A DNA stretch of 36,229 bases from Pseudomonadota bacterium (GCA_031416315.1 JANOTL010000163.1:1-36229), one strand, 5' to 3'. Shown: positions 26,347-34,859, counted from the stretch's first letter. Translations and numbers: made by a program. The notes: a model not told the origin generated them from the sequence alone.

Positions 26347-27231
26347 ATGCGTCACCTCCTTTTGTCCCTTGCGGTGCTGACCACCGTCGTGGCACTTCCC
26401 AGCGCCTGCAACCGCGTCCCGGCCGACCCTTCGGCCTCGAGCCCAGAATCCATCGCGACCGATCTCCCGGACGACGGCGGCACGCCGCAGAACTCCCTCT
26501 TCTGGGCCAACAACGGTCGCGTCTTCCGCGGCCGCTGCCTCGAGGGCTCTGACTTCACTCGCGAGGAGTGCTCCCGCGAGCTCGTGTCGATGTCCTACGA
26601 CACCTTCAAAGTCGACCTCGACGGCGGCCTTTCGGAGACGATCCGCGAGCTTGCCGCCGAGTCGCGCCGCATCCAGGACGCCATCGCCCTGATCGAGCGC
26701 GACCTCGCCGCCGCTCGCGCCGAGCTCGACGCCCTCGAAGCGCGCCAGGGCGGCCTGTCCGCCGAGCTCTCCCGCCTGCGTAGCGAGATCATCCGCGCCG
26801 AGAACAACCTCGCGGAATATCGCGAGCAGCTCGTCCTCATCGACGAGGCGCTGTCGCAAGCCGCTGACCAGGACATCTCGGCGATGCGCCCGATCGTTCT
26901 CGCCCGCCTTGCCGACTGGCAGTCGCGCCTCGCGCAGATCAACGGCCAGCTCGAAGCCCTCCTCGCCCAGGTCGGCAGCCTCCAGACGGAGATCGAGGAG
27001 GTCACGCGCCGCATGGCGACGCTCACCGCGCGCATCTCCAACCTGCAGATCGAGTTCGCCTCGGTGAATCAGCGCCTGGAGATGGCCTACGGCGACTTCA
27101 GCGTCTACGAGGAGACCGTCCGCCGCCTGAACTCGGGCATCACTTACACGGTGCTCAGCACGAACACGATCCTTGCGCGTCAGAGACTCTTCATCAAGCG
27201 TTTCGAAGCCATCTTCGAGCGCAACACGTAA
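26347..27231 (+). CDS. Coiled-coil lipoprotein (paralogue B): Cys-pair head and long helical hairpin
   Basis: Lipobox LPSAC, LFWANNGRVFRGRC..C head, and about 160 aa of heptad repeats. Confidence 0.85.
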   Translation: MRHLLLSLAVLTTVVALPSACNRVPADPSASSPESIATDLPDDGGTPQNSLFWANNGRVFRGRCLEGSDFTREECSRELVSMSYDTFKVDLDGGLSETIRELAAESRRIQDAIALIERDLAAARAELDALEARQGGLSAELSRLRSEIIRAENNLAEYREQLVLIDEALSQAADQDISAMRPIVLARLADWQSRLAQINGQLEALLAQVGSLQTEIEEVTRRMATLTARISNLQIEFASVNQRLEMAYGDFSVYEETVRRLNSGITYTVLSTNTILARQRLFIKRFEAIFERNT

Positions 27232-27280
27232 CAGCGTCCCACTTCGTTCACTCGTTCCTTCATTCATTCAGGAGAAAGAC

Positions 27281-28507
27281 ATGATCGTCACGTATCGCAA
27301 CGTCGCTCTGTTCGCCACCGCGCTCGCCGCCGTCCTCGCCCAGGCCTGTAGCAACGGCCAAAGCACCTCGCCCGCCGCTCCCGAGGGCGGAAAGCCCGTC
27401 GTCGAGGCGCCGGCCAACCTCCTTTCGACCAAAGTCCAAGGCGCCCCGGCCGACGGCGCGACCGTCGCGGCCGACACGCTGAGCTTCACCTTCAACGTCG
27501 AAGGTGACGAGCTGGCGCAAGGCGGCCTCGTGATCACCGGCTACGAATGCCGCCTCGGCGACTCCGACGCGTTCAAGCCCTGCGGCGGCGCGCCGTTCGT
27601 CATCTCCGGCCTCCGCCACGGCGAAGCCTACTCGATCGCCGTCCGCGGCGTGCTGAAGAACGAAGCGACCGGCGTCGTCGTCTATGCGGCCGAGTCCTCC
27701 GTCCACTTCAAAGTCGACCTCGCCCCCGTGCAAAGCGGCGACAGCGACACGACGCAGCAGCCGATCCCGACGAGCCCCGGCGAGACGCGTGCGCTCGCCT
27801 CGAAGCTCCTCGTCGGCAACGGCTACCTCGTCGAAGTGCCGGAAGGCCAGCACGTCACCGAGTACTCCTCGTCGAAGACGACCGGCCTCCTGAGCCTTTT
27901 CCGCATCCTTCCCGAGTCGGACCCGTACTACCTGAACAACTTCAACTGCGCGCGCGACTGGGATCGCATGGTCGCCTCAATCGCGCCGGCCGGCCAACCC
28001 CTAACTTACTGCCACTCGACCCCGACGCGTGAAGCGTACAAGACCGAGACCGAGTTCCGCTTGGCGCACAACCACGTCGAGATCGCGACCGACACCAACA
28101 TGGTCACGTCGCAAAACCAGGAACGTCTCGCCATCGCCGTCTACGACAGCGACTTCGAGTACATGAACGTCCGCTCGCGTTACTGGAACGCGTGTCAGAA
28201 CTCCGAGCGCAACTACATCACCGTCCCGATGATCAACAACTTCTTCCTCGGCGTGAACCCGGAGCGCGTCAACTTCTGGTATTGCGACACCTACCAAACC
28301 GACGTCGACGGCTCGCCGGTCCTCTGGCGCGTGGGCGCGTTCACGGATGTCGATCACATGGACTGGAACTGCCCGGAGTGCAAGTACAGCCGCGCGATCG
28401 AGATGACCTACCAGGTCCGCGCCAACGCCGGTGTCTTCCTGCCGGAGCAATTCGCCCGCACCGCGCAAGAGCGCATCCTCTCCGTCCTGAAAAAGCTGAC
28501 GCCGTAA
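27281..28507 (+). CDS. Lipoprotein with an N-terminal Ig/FN3-like domain and an unknown Cys/aromatic-rich C-terminal domain
   Basis: RBS AGGAG, lipobox LAQAC, YECRLG...FKPC...ISGL..G..YSIAVRG and strongly host-like codons. Confidence 0.85.
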   Translation: MIVTYRNVALFATALAAVLAQACSNGQSTSPAAPEGGKPVVEAPANLLSTKVQGAPADGATVAADTLSFTFNVEGDELAQGGLVITGYECRLGDSDAFKPCGGAPFVISGLRHGEAYSIAVRGVLKNEATGVVVYAAESSVHFKVDLAPVQSGDSDTTQQPIPTSPGETRALASKLLVGNGYLVEVPEGQHVTEYSSSKTTGLLSLFRILPESDPYYLNNFNCARDWDRMVASIAPAGQPLTYCHSTPTREAYKTETEFRLAHNHVEIATDTNMVTSQNQERLAIAVYDSDFEYMNVRSRYWNACQNSERNYITVPMINNFFLGVNPERVNFWYCDTYQTDVDGSPVLWRVGAFTDVDHMDWNCPECKYSRAIEMTYQVRANAGVFLPEQFARTAQERILSVLKKLTP

Positions 28508-28544
28508 TTTCGATCGCGTTCGTGGTGCTTTACTTGGAGATGTC

Positions 28545-30212
28545 GTGATCATGCGATCCAACCGCTTCTTAGCCAGTCTCGCCCTTTCGTTGCCGCTCTT
28601 CGCGAGCTGCGCCGAAAGGCCCGGTGACGACGCGGGCCAGGATGGCTCGAAGCATGATCACGACGCCCTCCAAGCCCCGGTCCCCGCGAGCGCGGCGCCC
28701 ATGGCGGCCTTGGACGCCTCCGGACGGCTCGCGAACCGCGCCGTCTGGAGCGCCCGCGCCGCGACGGACGGGACATCGGACGGGACAGTCGCGACGAGCG
28801 CGAAGGCGCCGCGGCGCTCGTACTTTACCTTCGAGGCGCCCGGTCCCGGCGCCTTCTACCTGCAAAAGCTCGTCGTCACGCCCGTCGGCTGCGACGTGCG
28901 CCGCCTCGGTACCCGCCTTTTTGGCGGCCGCCTCGCCGTCGACGGCCGGCTCGAGTCCTGGCAGCGCCTCGAGACCTTCGAGGTCCTCCGCCTAGGCGCC
29001 AAACAACGATTGTTGATCGCGCTCGAAGGCGATGAAGACGTGCCCTGCGGCGACGTCGAGCTCCTGCTCGCCGCCCGGTTCCTCGAGACCAAAGCGGACC
29101 TCGACTGGGAGCGCCTAGGCGGCGGCGACGTCGACGCGATTCCTCAACCAGGCCCGATCCCCGCACCGGGCCCTACGCCCGAGCCCGGCCCGATTCCCGC
29201 TCCAGGCCCCAATCCGGAACCCGATCCGTCTCCCGGCCCGGCACCGATCCCGGGACCTCAGCCCGTGCCCGACCCGGGCCCAGGTCCGAGCCCGACCCCT
29301 GAGCCTGTCCCCGTTCCTGTCCCGGTTCCGGTCCCGACTCCTGGCGGCGACCCTTGCCCCACCACCGGCCCCACCGCCTCCGATCCTGCCGTCATGAGCG
29401 CGACCGTCCGCGTCTACGGTCAGCGCGCCGGCGGCTCGACCTGCTCCACGACCTTCACATGGCGCCTCGCCGACCTCGTCCGTCGGGATCCCGCGCGCCA
29501 ATGCCAATACCCCGAGATCAAGCTCGTCTCGATGACGACGCCGCCTCTCGTCAAAGTGCAGGCCGCGGGCGGCGTGCTCGATCTGAACCTCGCATGGCTT
29601 AAGCTCGAGACCGAGGCAGAGCGCAACGCGGTGCTCGCGACCCTGCGTCAAGGCGGCGGCGTCGACCTCGTCGCCCCGGTGCCGCACGGCCGCCCCGAGG
29701 CCGAGCGCTGCGTCGTTCCAGGCGCGCCGACGGCACCGAAGCTCGAGTCCGACTTGGATTTGACGCTCTTTCGCGGCGACCCGCGCGAGCAGTGTCTCGG
29801 CGGCACCGAGGCGTTGTCGCAGCTCGAGTTCGCCGACCCGACGCACGATTTCACCGTCGACTACACCCGACCTGAAGACGGCGACGCCCACTTCCGCTTC
29901 ACCTGGCAATGGCCGGCCGCGAACGCCGCGGCCGCGACCCCCGTTCGAATCCGCGCCTACGATCGCCGCATCCGCGTCTTTGTCGGCGCCTGGATGCCGG
30001 CGACCCCGGTCGGCGGCGGCAGATTCGCGGCCGAGGTCTCGGGCGCCGATGCCGCCGCGGCGCTCGCCGCCGAGGGCGATCTCGAGCTCGTGATCGCCGA
30101 CGGTCGGCGCGGCGATGTGCCGGACTCCTGCCAGCGGGCGCTCCTTTTTCCGTATGCGCGCTTTTACCTCGATCCCCGCTTCGCCGCCTCGTTTCGCAAC
30201 GAGCGCCCGTGA
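28545..30212 (+). CDS. Two-domain lipoprotein with a long Pro-rich linker
   Basis: RBS GGAG, lipobox LFASC, and a central (PX)n tract separating N- and C-terminal globular regions. Confidence 0.8.
   Translation: MIMRSNRFLASLALSLPLFASCAERPGDDAGQDGSKHDHDALQAPVPASAAPMAALDASGRLANRAVWSARAATDGTSDGTVATSAKAPRRSYFTFEAPGPGAFYLQKLVVTPVGCDVRRLGTRLFGGRLAVDGRLESWQRLETFEVLRLGAKQRLLIALEGDEDVPCGDVELLLAARFLETKADLDWERLGGGDVDAIPQPGPIPAPGPTPEPGPIPAPGPNPEPDPSPGPAPIPGPQPVPDPGPGPSPTPEPVPVPVPVPVPTPGGDPCPTTGPTASDPAVMSATVRVYGQRAGGSTCSTTFTWRLADLVRRDPARQCQYPEIKLVSMTTPPLVKVQAAGGVLDLNLAWLKLETEAERNAVLATLRQGGGVDLVAPVPHGRPEAERCVVPGAPTAPKLESDLDLTLFRGDPREQCLGGTEALSQLEFADPTHDFTVDYTRPEDGDAHFRFTWQWPAANAAAATPVRIRAYDRRIRVFVGAWMPATPVGGGRFAAEVSGADAAAALAAEGDLELVIADGRRGDVPDSCQRALLFPYARFYLDPRFAASFRNERP
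29142..29342 (+). repeat. Pro-rich (PX)n coding tract including a degenerate 36-bp tandem duplication
   Basis: PGPIPAPGPTPE / PGPIPAPGPNPE at 29148-29219, followed by PD/PS/PG and (PV)5. Confidence 0.85.
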
Positions 30213-30348
30213 TGACGAGTTGTGATCACGGACCTGACATGTCCGGCGACAACGTGAATTGTTTCAGTGTATTGAACACGTCTCATTGAGTCGTGCCGGG
30301 CCGCCGTGGTATCGGGCGCGACATGCGACGACACCCGGAGACCTGGCC

Positions 30349-31593
30349 ATGAAGCCCGGAAATTTTGCGCGACTCGGCCTCACGTTCGCGGCGACTTTCA
30401 TCCTAGCCGTACCCCCCGCTCACGCGGAGATCGCCGTCAGCGGCCTCGAGCCGGGCGGCAACGGCGTCTATTTGATGTGGGTCGAAGGCGGCCGGGTCTT
30501 CCGCGCTGAATGCGACCGGACTTCGAGCCTTCGCGACCACGACCATTGCCAAAAGGATTTGGTGTCCGCCGCGGCGACGCGCTTTTTCCCGCTGCTCGCC
30601 GCTGAGTACGGCGTCGGCTTCGCTTACTTCCAGAGAGAAGCGCAAGAAGCGTGGATCAAGATCCAACGCATCGACACGCGCCTCTTCGAGCTTGTCAACG
30701 GGGAGACGCCCAGCGAGCAGAATCCGGTGACTCAGGAACAAGTCGACGATGCTCGCCGGCGCGTCGACGCCGCGTCGCTGCGTATCGCGGCGCTGCGCGA
30801 TCAGATCGGCCGCCTGGAGCAGGCCCTCGCACAGAATGGCGCAGACCCGACCGATCTCGAGCAGCTGGAGATCAATCGCGCGGAGCTGATCCGTCTCGAA
30901 GCGGATAAGGCGCCGCTCGAGTCCGAGCTTCTGCGGCTGCGCCAAACCTTCGTCGAGCAGCGCGCCCGCGCCAGCGACGCAAACTACCGCGATCTCGTCG
31001 GACAGCGCGCGTCCCAGCTCAACCAGTTCGACCGAGCGCAAGGCGAGCTCGCCACCGAGATCAAGGACATGGAGTGCGGCCAGCTGATCGCCTCGCGCAT
31101 CCAAGAAGTCGGCTACGCCTGGGAGACGCTTTGCCAGCTGCGGGGTTCGACGAACATTCCTAAAGGTGACATCGGCGGCGCTTTCGCGCGGGCCGAAACG
31201 GAAGATCGCACCTATTTCGGCACCGCGCCGGGCGGTCAACGCGGCCTCGTTCTCGAAGTGCCGCGCGACGGGCGCGTGCAAGCGATCGAATGCGCTTTCG
31301 GTTTCGCGACCCGCCAGGACTGGGAAGGCAGCATCTACGTTTACGCTCCGGGCGGCCTCTCCGCGGACGTCCGCTTGAGCTTGGGCAGCTCCGTGGCGGC
31401 GGGCTTCCGGTACCACGCGGACTATGACAACCCGTTCAGCTCCACCTTCACGGGCGGCTTCCGCTCGCAATCGGGTCGCGGCTCGTGGCGTTTCGAGGTG
31501 CATCCGAAATGGATCGTCGTCGGCGGTGGCAATGGCGAGCCGACGTTGCCTGGTCGTTGTTCCGTCATTCTTCGCAACGCCGCAAGGCCCTAG
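30349..31593 (+). CDS. Secreted coiled-coil protein (paralogue C): Cys-pair head, helical hairpin, P-domain-like C-terminus
   Basis: RBS GGAG before 30349, signal peptide ending AHA, YLMWVEGGRVFRAEC..C head and WIKIQRIDTRLFELVN. Confidence 0.85.
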   Translation: MKPGNFARLGLTFAATFILAVPPAHAEIAVSGLEPGGNGVYLMWVEGGRVFRAECDRTSSLRDHDHCQKDLVSAAATRFFPLLAAEYGVGFAYFQREAQEAWIKIQRIDTRLFELVNGETPSEQNPVTQEQVDDARRRVDAASLRIAALRDQIGRLEQALAQNGADPTDLEQLEINRAELIRLEADKAPLESELLRLRQTFVEQRARASDANYRDLVGQRASQLNQFDRAQGELATEIKDMECGQLIASRIQEVGYAWETLCQLRGSTNIPKGDIGGAFARAETEDRTYFGTAPGGQRGLVLEVPRDGRVQAIECAFGFATRQDWEGSIYVYAPGGLSADVRLSLGSSVAAGFRYHADYDNPFSSTFTGGFRSQSGRGSWRFEVHPKWIVVGGGNGEPTLPGRCSVILRNAARP

Positions 31594-31602
31594 GAGTCCA
31601 CG

Positions 31603-32835
31603 ATGCTGAAGCTGATCAGTGCCGCATGCGCGCTCGCTCTCTCCTCGGCCGCTCTGGCCACCGGAAGCGGCGGCTCGGTCGTCGAAAACGGCGGCGACTT
31701 CATGAAGTGCCGCGGCGAGACGGGGAGCCCGTTTGACGGTGACTTTACCCTCGACTACGTCCTGACATACGACGCCGCCGTCGGCACTGCCGGTGATCCG
31801 GCGGAAGGGACCTACGACGCGCTCCTCGCCCGGATCAGCCGGGTCATCGACGCGAAGCTTCCGGAGCTCTCCAGCTCGTGGAGCGGCTACCTCGCCCTCC
31901 TCGAGAACCGCGACGAGAGCGCCGTCCGCATCTGGCGCGCCTCCAGCTCGGCCCTTGCCGACCTTCAGGACGAAGCCCTGGTCCGCGAGCTCCCGACGAA
32001 CTGCCTGGTCGAGCGCGAAGGCCGCAATGTCCCCGACCTGAAGCAAATGGTGCGCCGCCGTTACTACGTCGACACGAACGTCCTCAAGATCTTCTATGAA
32101 TACGATCGCGACGCCTTCGCCAGCGCAAAAGGCAACAACGCCCTCCAACTGTCCTATCTGACCGTCCACGAATGGCTTTGGGACTTCGTCCGCGAGCCTT
32201 ACGCCAACCGCTGGATCAACCGTCTCCTGCATTCGCCGCGAGTGGAGACCATGACTGCGAATGCGGTCCGCGACGTGTTGCGCAGCTACGGCGTCACCAC
32301 GGACGAGGCCGGGCAAATCGGCCGCGCGGGCGGCCAGGAGGCGCGTCTGCGCCAGATGGCGGCGGCCTCGCCGGCGTGCGACGCCAACCGCCGCGTCGCC
32401 GTGGCCTTTCCGGCCGACGCCGGCCGCTTCACCGTCCTTCCGGGGGGCTCGGTCGTCTTCGACGTCGAGACGCCGCGCTTCGCCGACGAATGGCAGTGGG
32501 GCATCTGCGGCGTCGCGGTGCTTTACAGCGCACGCGCCATCGGCTCCAGCGACTCTAGCCTTCAGGTCGAGGTCCGCCGCGGCGGCGCGCCAGCCCCGCG
32601 CAGCATGTCGGTCTCGCACCGCTCGATCCAACAGGACATGCTCACCGGCTTCTGTGACGACGACGAATACTGCGACGGCGATCGTCTCGGCGAGCTCGGG
32701 CACTTTTTCCTTCCGGGAGAGCTCGGTCGTTCGCGCTGGCGCCTCACGGCTAAGGTAGCGGCTGGCGCTGGCGCGGCGGTCGAGGTGAGCTACCCTTACC
32801 TCGTCTTCTACGCGGCAGCACGGAAACTTGATTGA
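31603..32835 (+). CDS. Secreted protein with an N-terminal GGxxxxNGG motif, an HExxW helix and a C-terminal beta domain
   Basis: RBS AGGAG, signal peptide, GSGGSVVENGGD immediately after the cleavage site, and LSYLTVHEWLW. Confidence 0.82.
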   Translation: MLKLISAACALALSSAALATGSGGSVVENGGDFMKCRGETGSPFDGDFTLDYVLTYDAAVGTAGDPAEGTYDALLARISRVIDAKLPELSSSWSGYLALLENRDESAVRIWRASSSALADLQDEALVRELPTNCLVEREGRNVPDLKQMVRRRYYVDTNVLKIFYEYDRDAFASAKGNNALQLSYLTVHEWLWDFVREPYANRWINRLLHSPRVETMTANAVRDVLRSYGVTTDEAGQIGRAGGQEARLRQMAAASPACDANRRVAVAFPADAGRFTVLPGGSVVFDVETPRFADEWQWGICGVAVLYSARAIGSSDSSLQVEVRRGGAPAPRSMSVSHRSIQQDMLTGFCDDDEYCDGDRLGELGHFFLPGELGRSRWRLTAKVAAGAGAAVEVSYPYLVFYAAARKLD

Positions 32836-33796
32836 GAAGGATCTCGCGGAAACCGGCGATGCGAAGACGATGAGCGCGGCGAACGCAGCTGTGCCGTCGA
32901 TCTTCGAGTACCCCGATTTTGCGAGCTATCTGCGTAGCTCTCTCGAGGCGCTCCGACCCGCGGGGGCCAAGTTCAGCCTGCGAAACGTCGCGCGGCGCGT
33001 GCGTCGCTCGCCCTCGCTTCTGGCGATGGTCGCGCGCGGCGACCGTCGCGCGCAGCCGGAGCTCGCGGCCGAGATCTGCAAGGTCTTCGGTCTGTCTTCC
33101 GGGGAGGCCGAGTTTGCCGAGGCCTTAGTCGAATACGAGCACGCGCGCACCGTCGCCGCGAAGTCCAAGGCGGCCGAGCGCCTGCGCTCGCTGAAGCCGC
33201 GGCACGGCGATCTCGTCCTGGATCTCGACGCCTTCGCGCTCATCTCGTCGTGGCATCACTACGCGATCCTCGAGATGTCGTGCATGGTGCGCTTCGTCGA
33301 GGATCCGGAGTGGATCGCGAAAGCTCTCGGCCCGACGGTGAGCCCGACCATGGCGGCGGAGTCCTTGCGGCTCCTGACGCGCCTCGGCCTGCTCCGCCGT
33401 GACGGCGCCGGCAAGCTGACGAAGTCGGCGTCGCGCGTCGGGACGCCGAAGGGCATCCCGAGCGCGGCCGTGCGCTCCTTCCACAAGCAAATCTTGATGC
33501 GCGCGCATCAGGCGATCGATCGCCAGGAAATCAAGGACCGGCTCGTCACCTCGGCGACGGTCGCGATCCCTTCCAGCATCGTGCCCGAGGTGCAGGCGCG
33601 GATCGTCCAGTTTCGAGACGAGCTTTTGGCGTTCATCTACGAGCAAGACCTGGAGGCGGACACGGTTTACCAGGTTTCGATGCAGTTTTTCAGGGCGATG
33701 GCTGAGGCGCCGGAGGCGCCGGCCGTGGCCGAAGCCGCACCTCCGAGTCGAAAGCGCCGGGAGTGTGTCGCGAAGGTTGCCGAAGAAGACGACTGA
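32828..33796 (+). CDS. TIGR02147 family protein (XRE-like HTH plus DUF4423), putative transcription regulator
   Basis: IFEYPDF..YL...FSLR.VARR...SPSLL..V..G.R, WHHYAILE, DPEWIA..L, L..L.RLGLL, RSFH.Q and VYQ...QFF. Start is TTG 32828 or ATG 32870. Confidence 0.88.
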   Translation: MIEKDLAETGDAKTMSAANAAVPSIFEYPDFASYLRSSLEALRPAGAKFSLRNVARRVRRSPSLLAMVARGDRRAQPELAAEICKVFGLSSGEAEFAEALVEYEHARTVAAKSKAAERLRSLKPRHGDLVLDLDAFALISSWHHYAILEMSCMVRFVEDPEWIAKALGPTVSPTMAAESLRLLTRLGLLRRDGAGKLTKSASRVGTPKGIPSAAVRSFHKQILMRAHQAIDRQEIKDRLVTSATVAIPSSIVPEVQARIVQFRDELLAFIYEQDLEADTVYQVSMQFFRAMAEAPEAPAVAEAAPPSRKRRECVAKVAEEDD

Positions 33797-33866
33797 AACG
33801 GCAGGTGAATTTCGCCGCAACACATACCCTAGCATCGCATCCCATCCAGCGATGTATCATCCCTAC

Positions 33867-34859
33867 ATGCTCCACTTTCTCTACATCCTTCTTTTCCCGC
33901 TGGCCCTCCAGGCCGCGGCAGACCAACCCACCCCCATCCTTCCCGATCGCTGGTCGCCCCAAATCGAAGACCTTGCCGACCCTCCACCAAAACCACGACC
34001 CGCTCTCTTCATTCCACGCCGCATTCCCGGCGCCCCGACCGGCCGCGAGCTCCTCGAGCGCACCGCCGGCATGAGTCTCGCGCAACGTGAGCCGATCCTC
34101 GTCGAAGAGATTCTGCGCGGCAACGTGCCCTCGTTCCAGCGCCAGTTCGTCCCCGTCCGCATGCGCGTCACCGACGAGCGCCGCCGTAAGTACCGAGGCT
34201 GGGTCTTCGTCCTCCCCGACTACCTCGCCGTGGGCGACGACGTCGACTACGTCCACGTCCCTCTGACCACGCTGAGCGCCCAGAAAATCGCTTCCGCGTT
34301 CGGTGCCTTCCTCCCGACCCGCGCCATCGTCGACGCCACCTACGCCGCCTCGCGCGCGCGCCTCACGCCGTTCGTGATGCAGCCGGCCTTCGCGATGCGC
34401 TTCAACGGCTACTTGAAGATCCACGAAGACTTCCTGCGCAAGCAGCTCTCGCTCTTGAAGCCGGGCACCCTCGTCGCAGGCCACAAGAAAGACACCGTCA
34501 TCGCCAACCGCCTGATCGACCACCCGCGGCGCACTGCCATCTACGGCTGGCACGTCACCGTCGGCGAGCCGATCCAACCCCTCAGCGCTTGGCATCGCAA
34601 GACCTACGCCGATTACAGCCACGGCGTCAGACTCGTCTTCGGCAGCGCCGTGGCTCAGAAGTCCGAGTGGGCGCTCGACGACCTCCTTCGTCATCCCACA
34701 CTCTCGCAGCTCGTCAGCGACGAGGGCCCTCTCGCCAGCCCGCGCATCGACCCGACCGAGGTCGAGTGGGACGTCGAGGAGCTGCGCCCGGCGCCGGTCC
34801 CCTCGAAGAAGACGGTCTCGCCGCGCCCTTGGACGCGCGCCCCGCTCATGTCGCGCTGA
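33867..34859 (+). CDS. Exported conserved hypothetical protein with enzyme-like motifs
   Basis: Signal peptide from ATG 33867. Motifs GNVPSF, PDYLAVG, LPT..IVD, AGHKKD, AIYGWH, PIQP and YADYSHG. Confidence 0.8.
   Translation: MLHFLYILLFPLALQAAADQPTPILPDRWSPQIEDLADPPPKPRPALFIPRRIPGAPTGRELLERTAGMSLAQREPILVEEILRGNVPSFQRQFVPVRMRVTDERRRKYRGWVFVLPDYLAVGDDVDYVHVPLTTLSAQKIASAFGAFLPTRAIVDATYAASRARLTPFVMQPAFAMRFNGYLKIHEDFLRKQLSLLKPGTLVAGHKKDTVIANRLIDHPRRTAIYGWHVTVGEPIQPLSAWHRKTYADYSHGVRLVFGSAVAQKSEWALDDLLRHPTLSQLVSDEGPLASPRIDPTEVEWDVEELRPAPVPSKKTVSPRPWTRAPLMSR

Noticed and set aside
26347..27231. Annotation as SMC / chromosome segregation protein
   Set aside because: It has no Walker motifs or hinge and has a lipobox. 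Any similarity would be generic coiled coil.
30403..32703. 766-aa ORF on the minus strand
   Set aside because: It is the antisense shadow of two well-supported plus-strand genes. Long shadow ORFs are expected at high GC, and it has no motifs.
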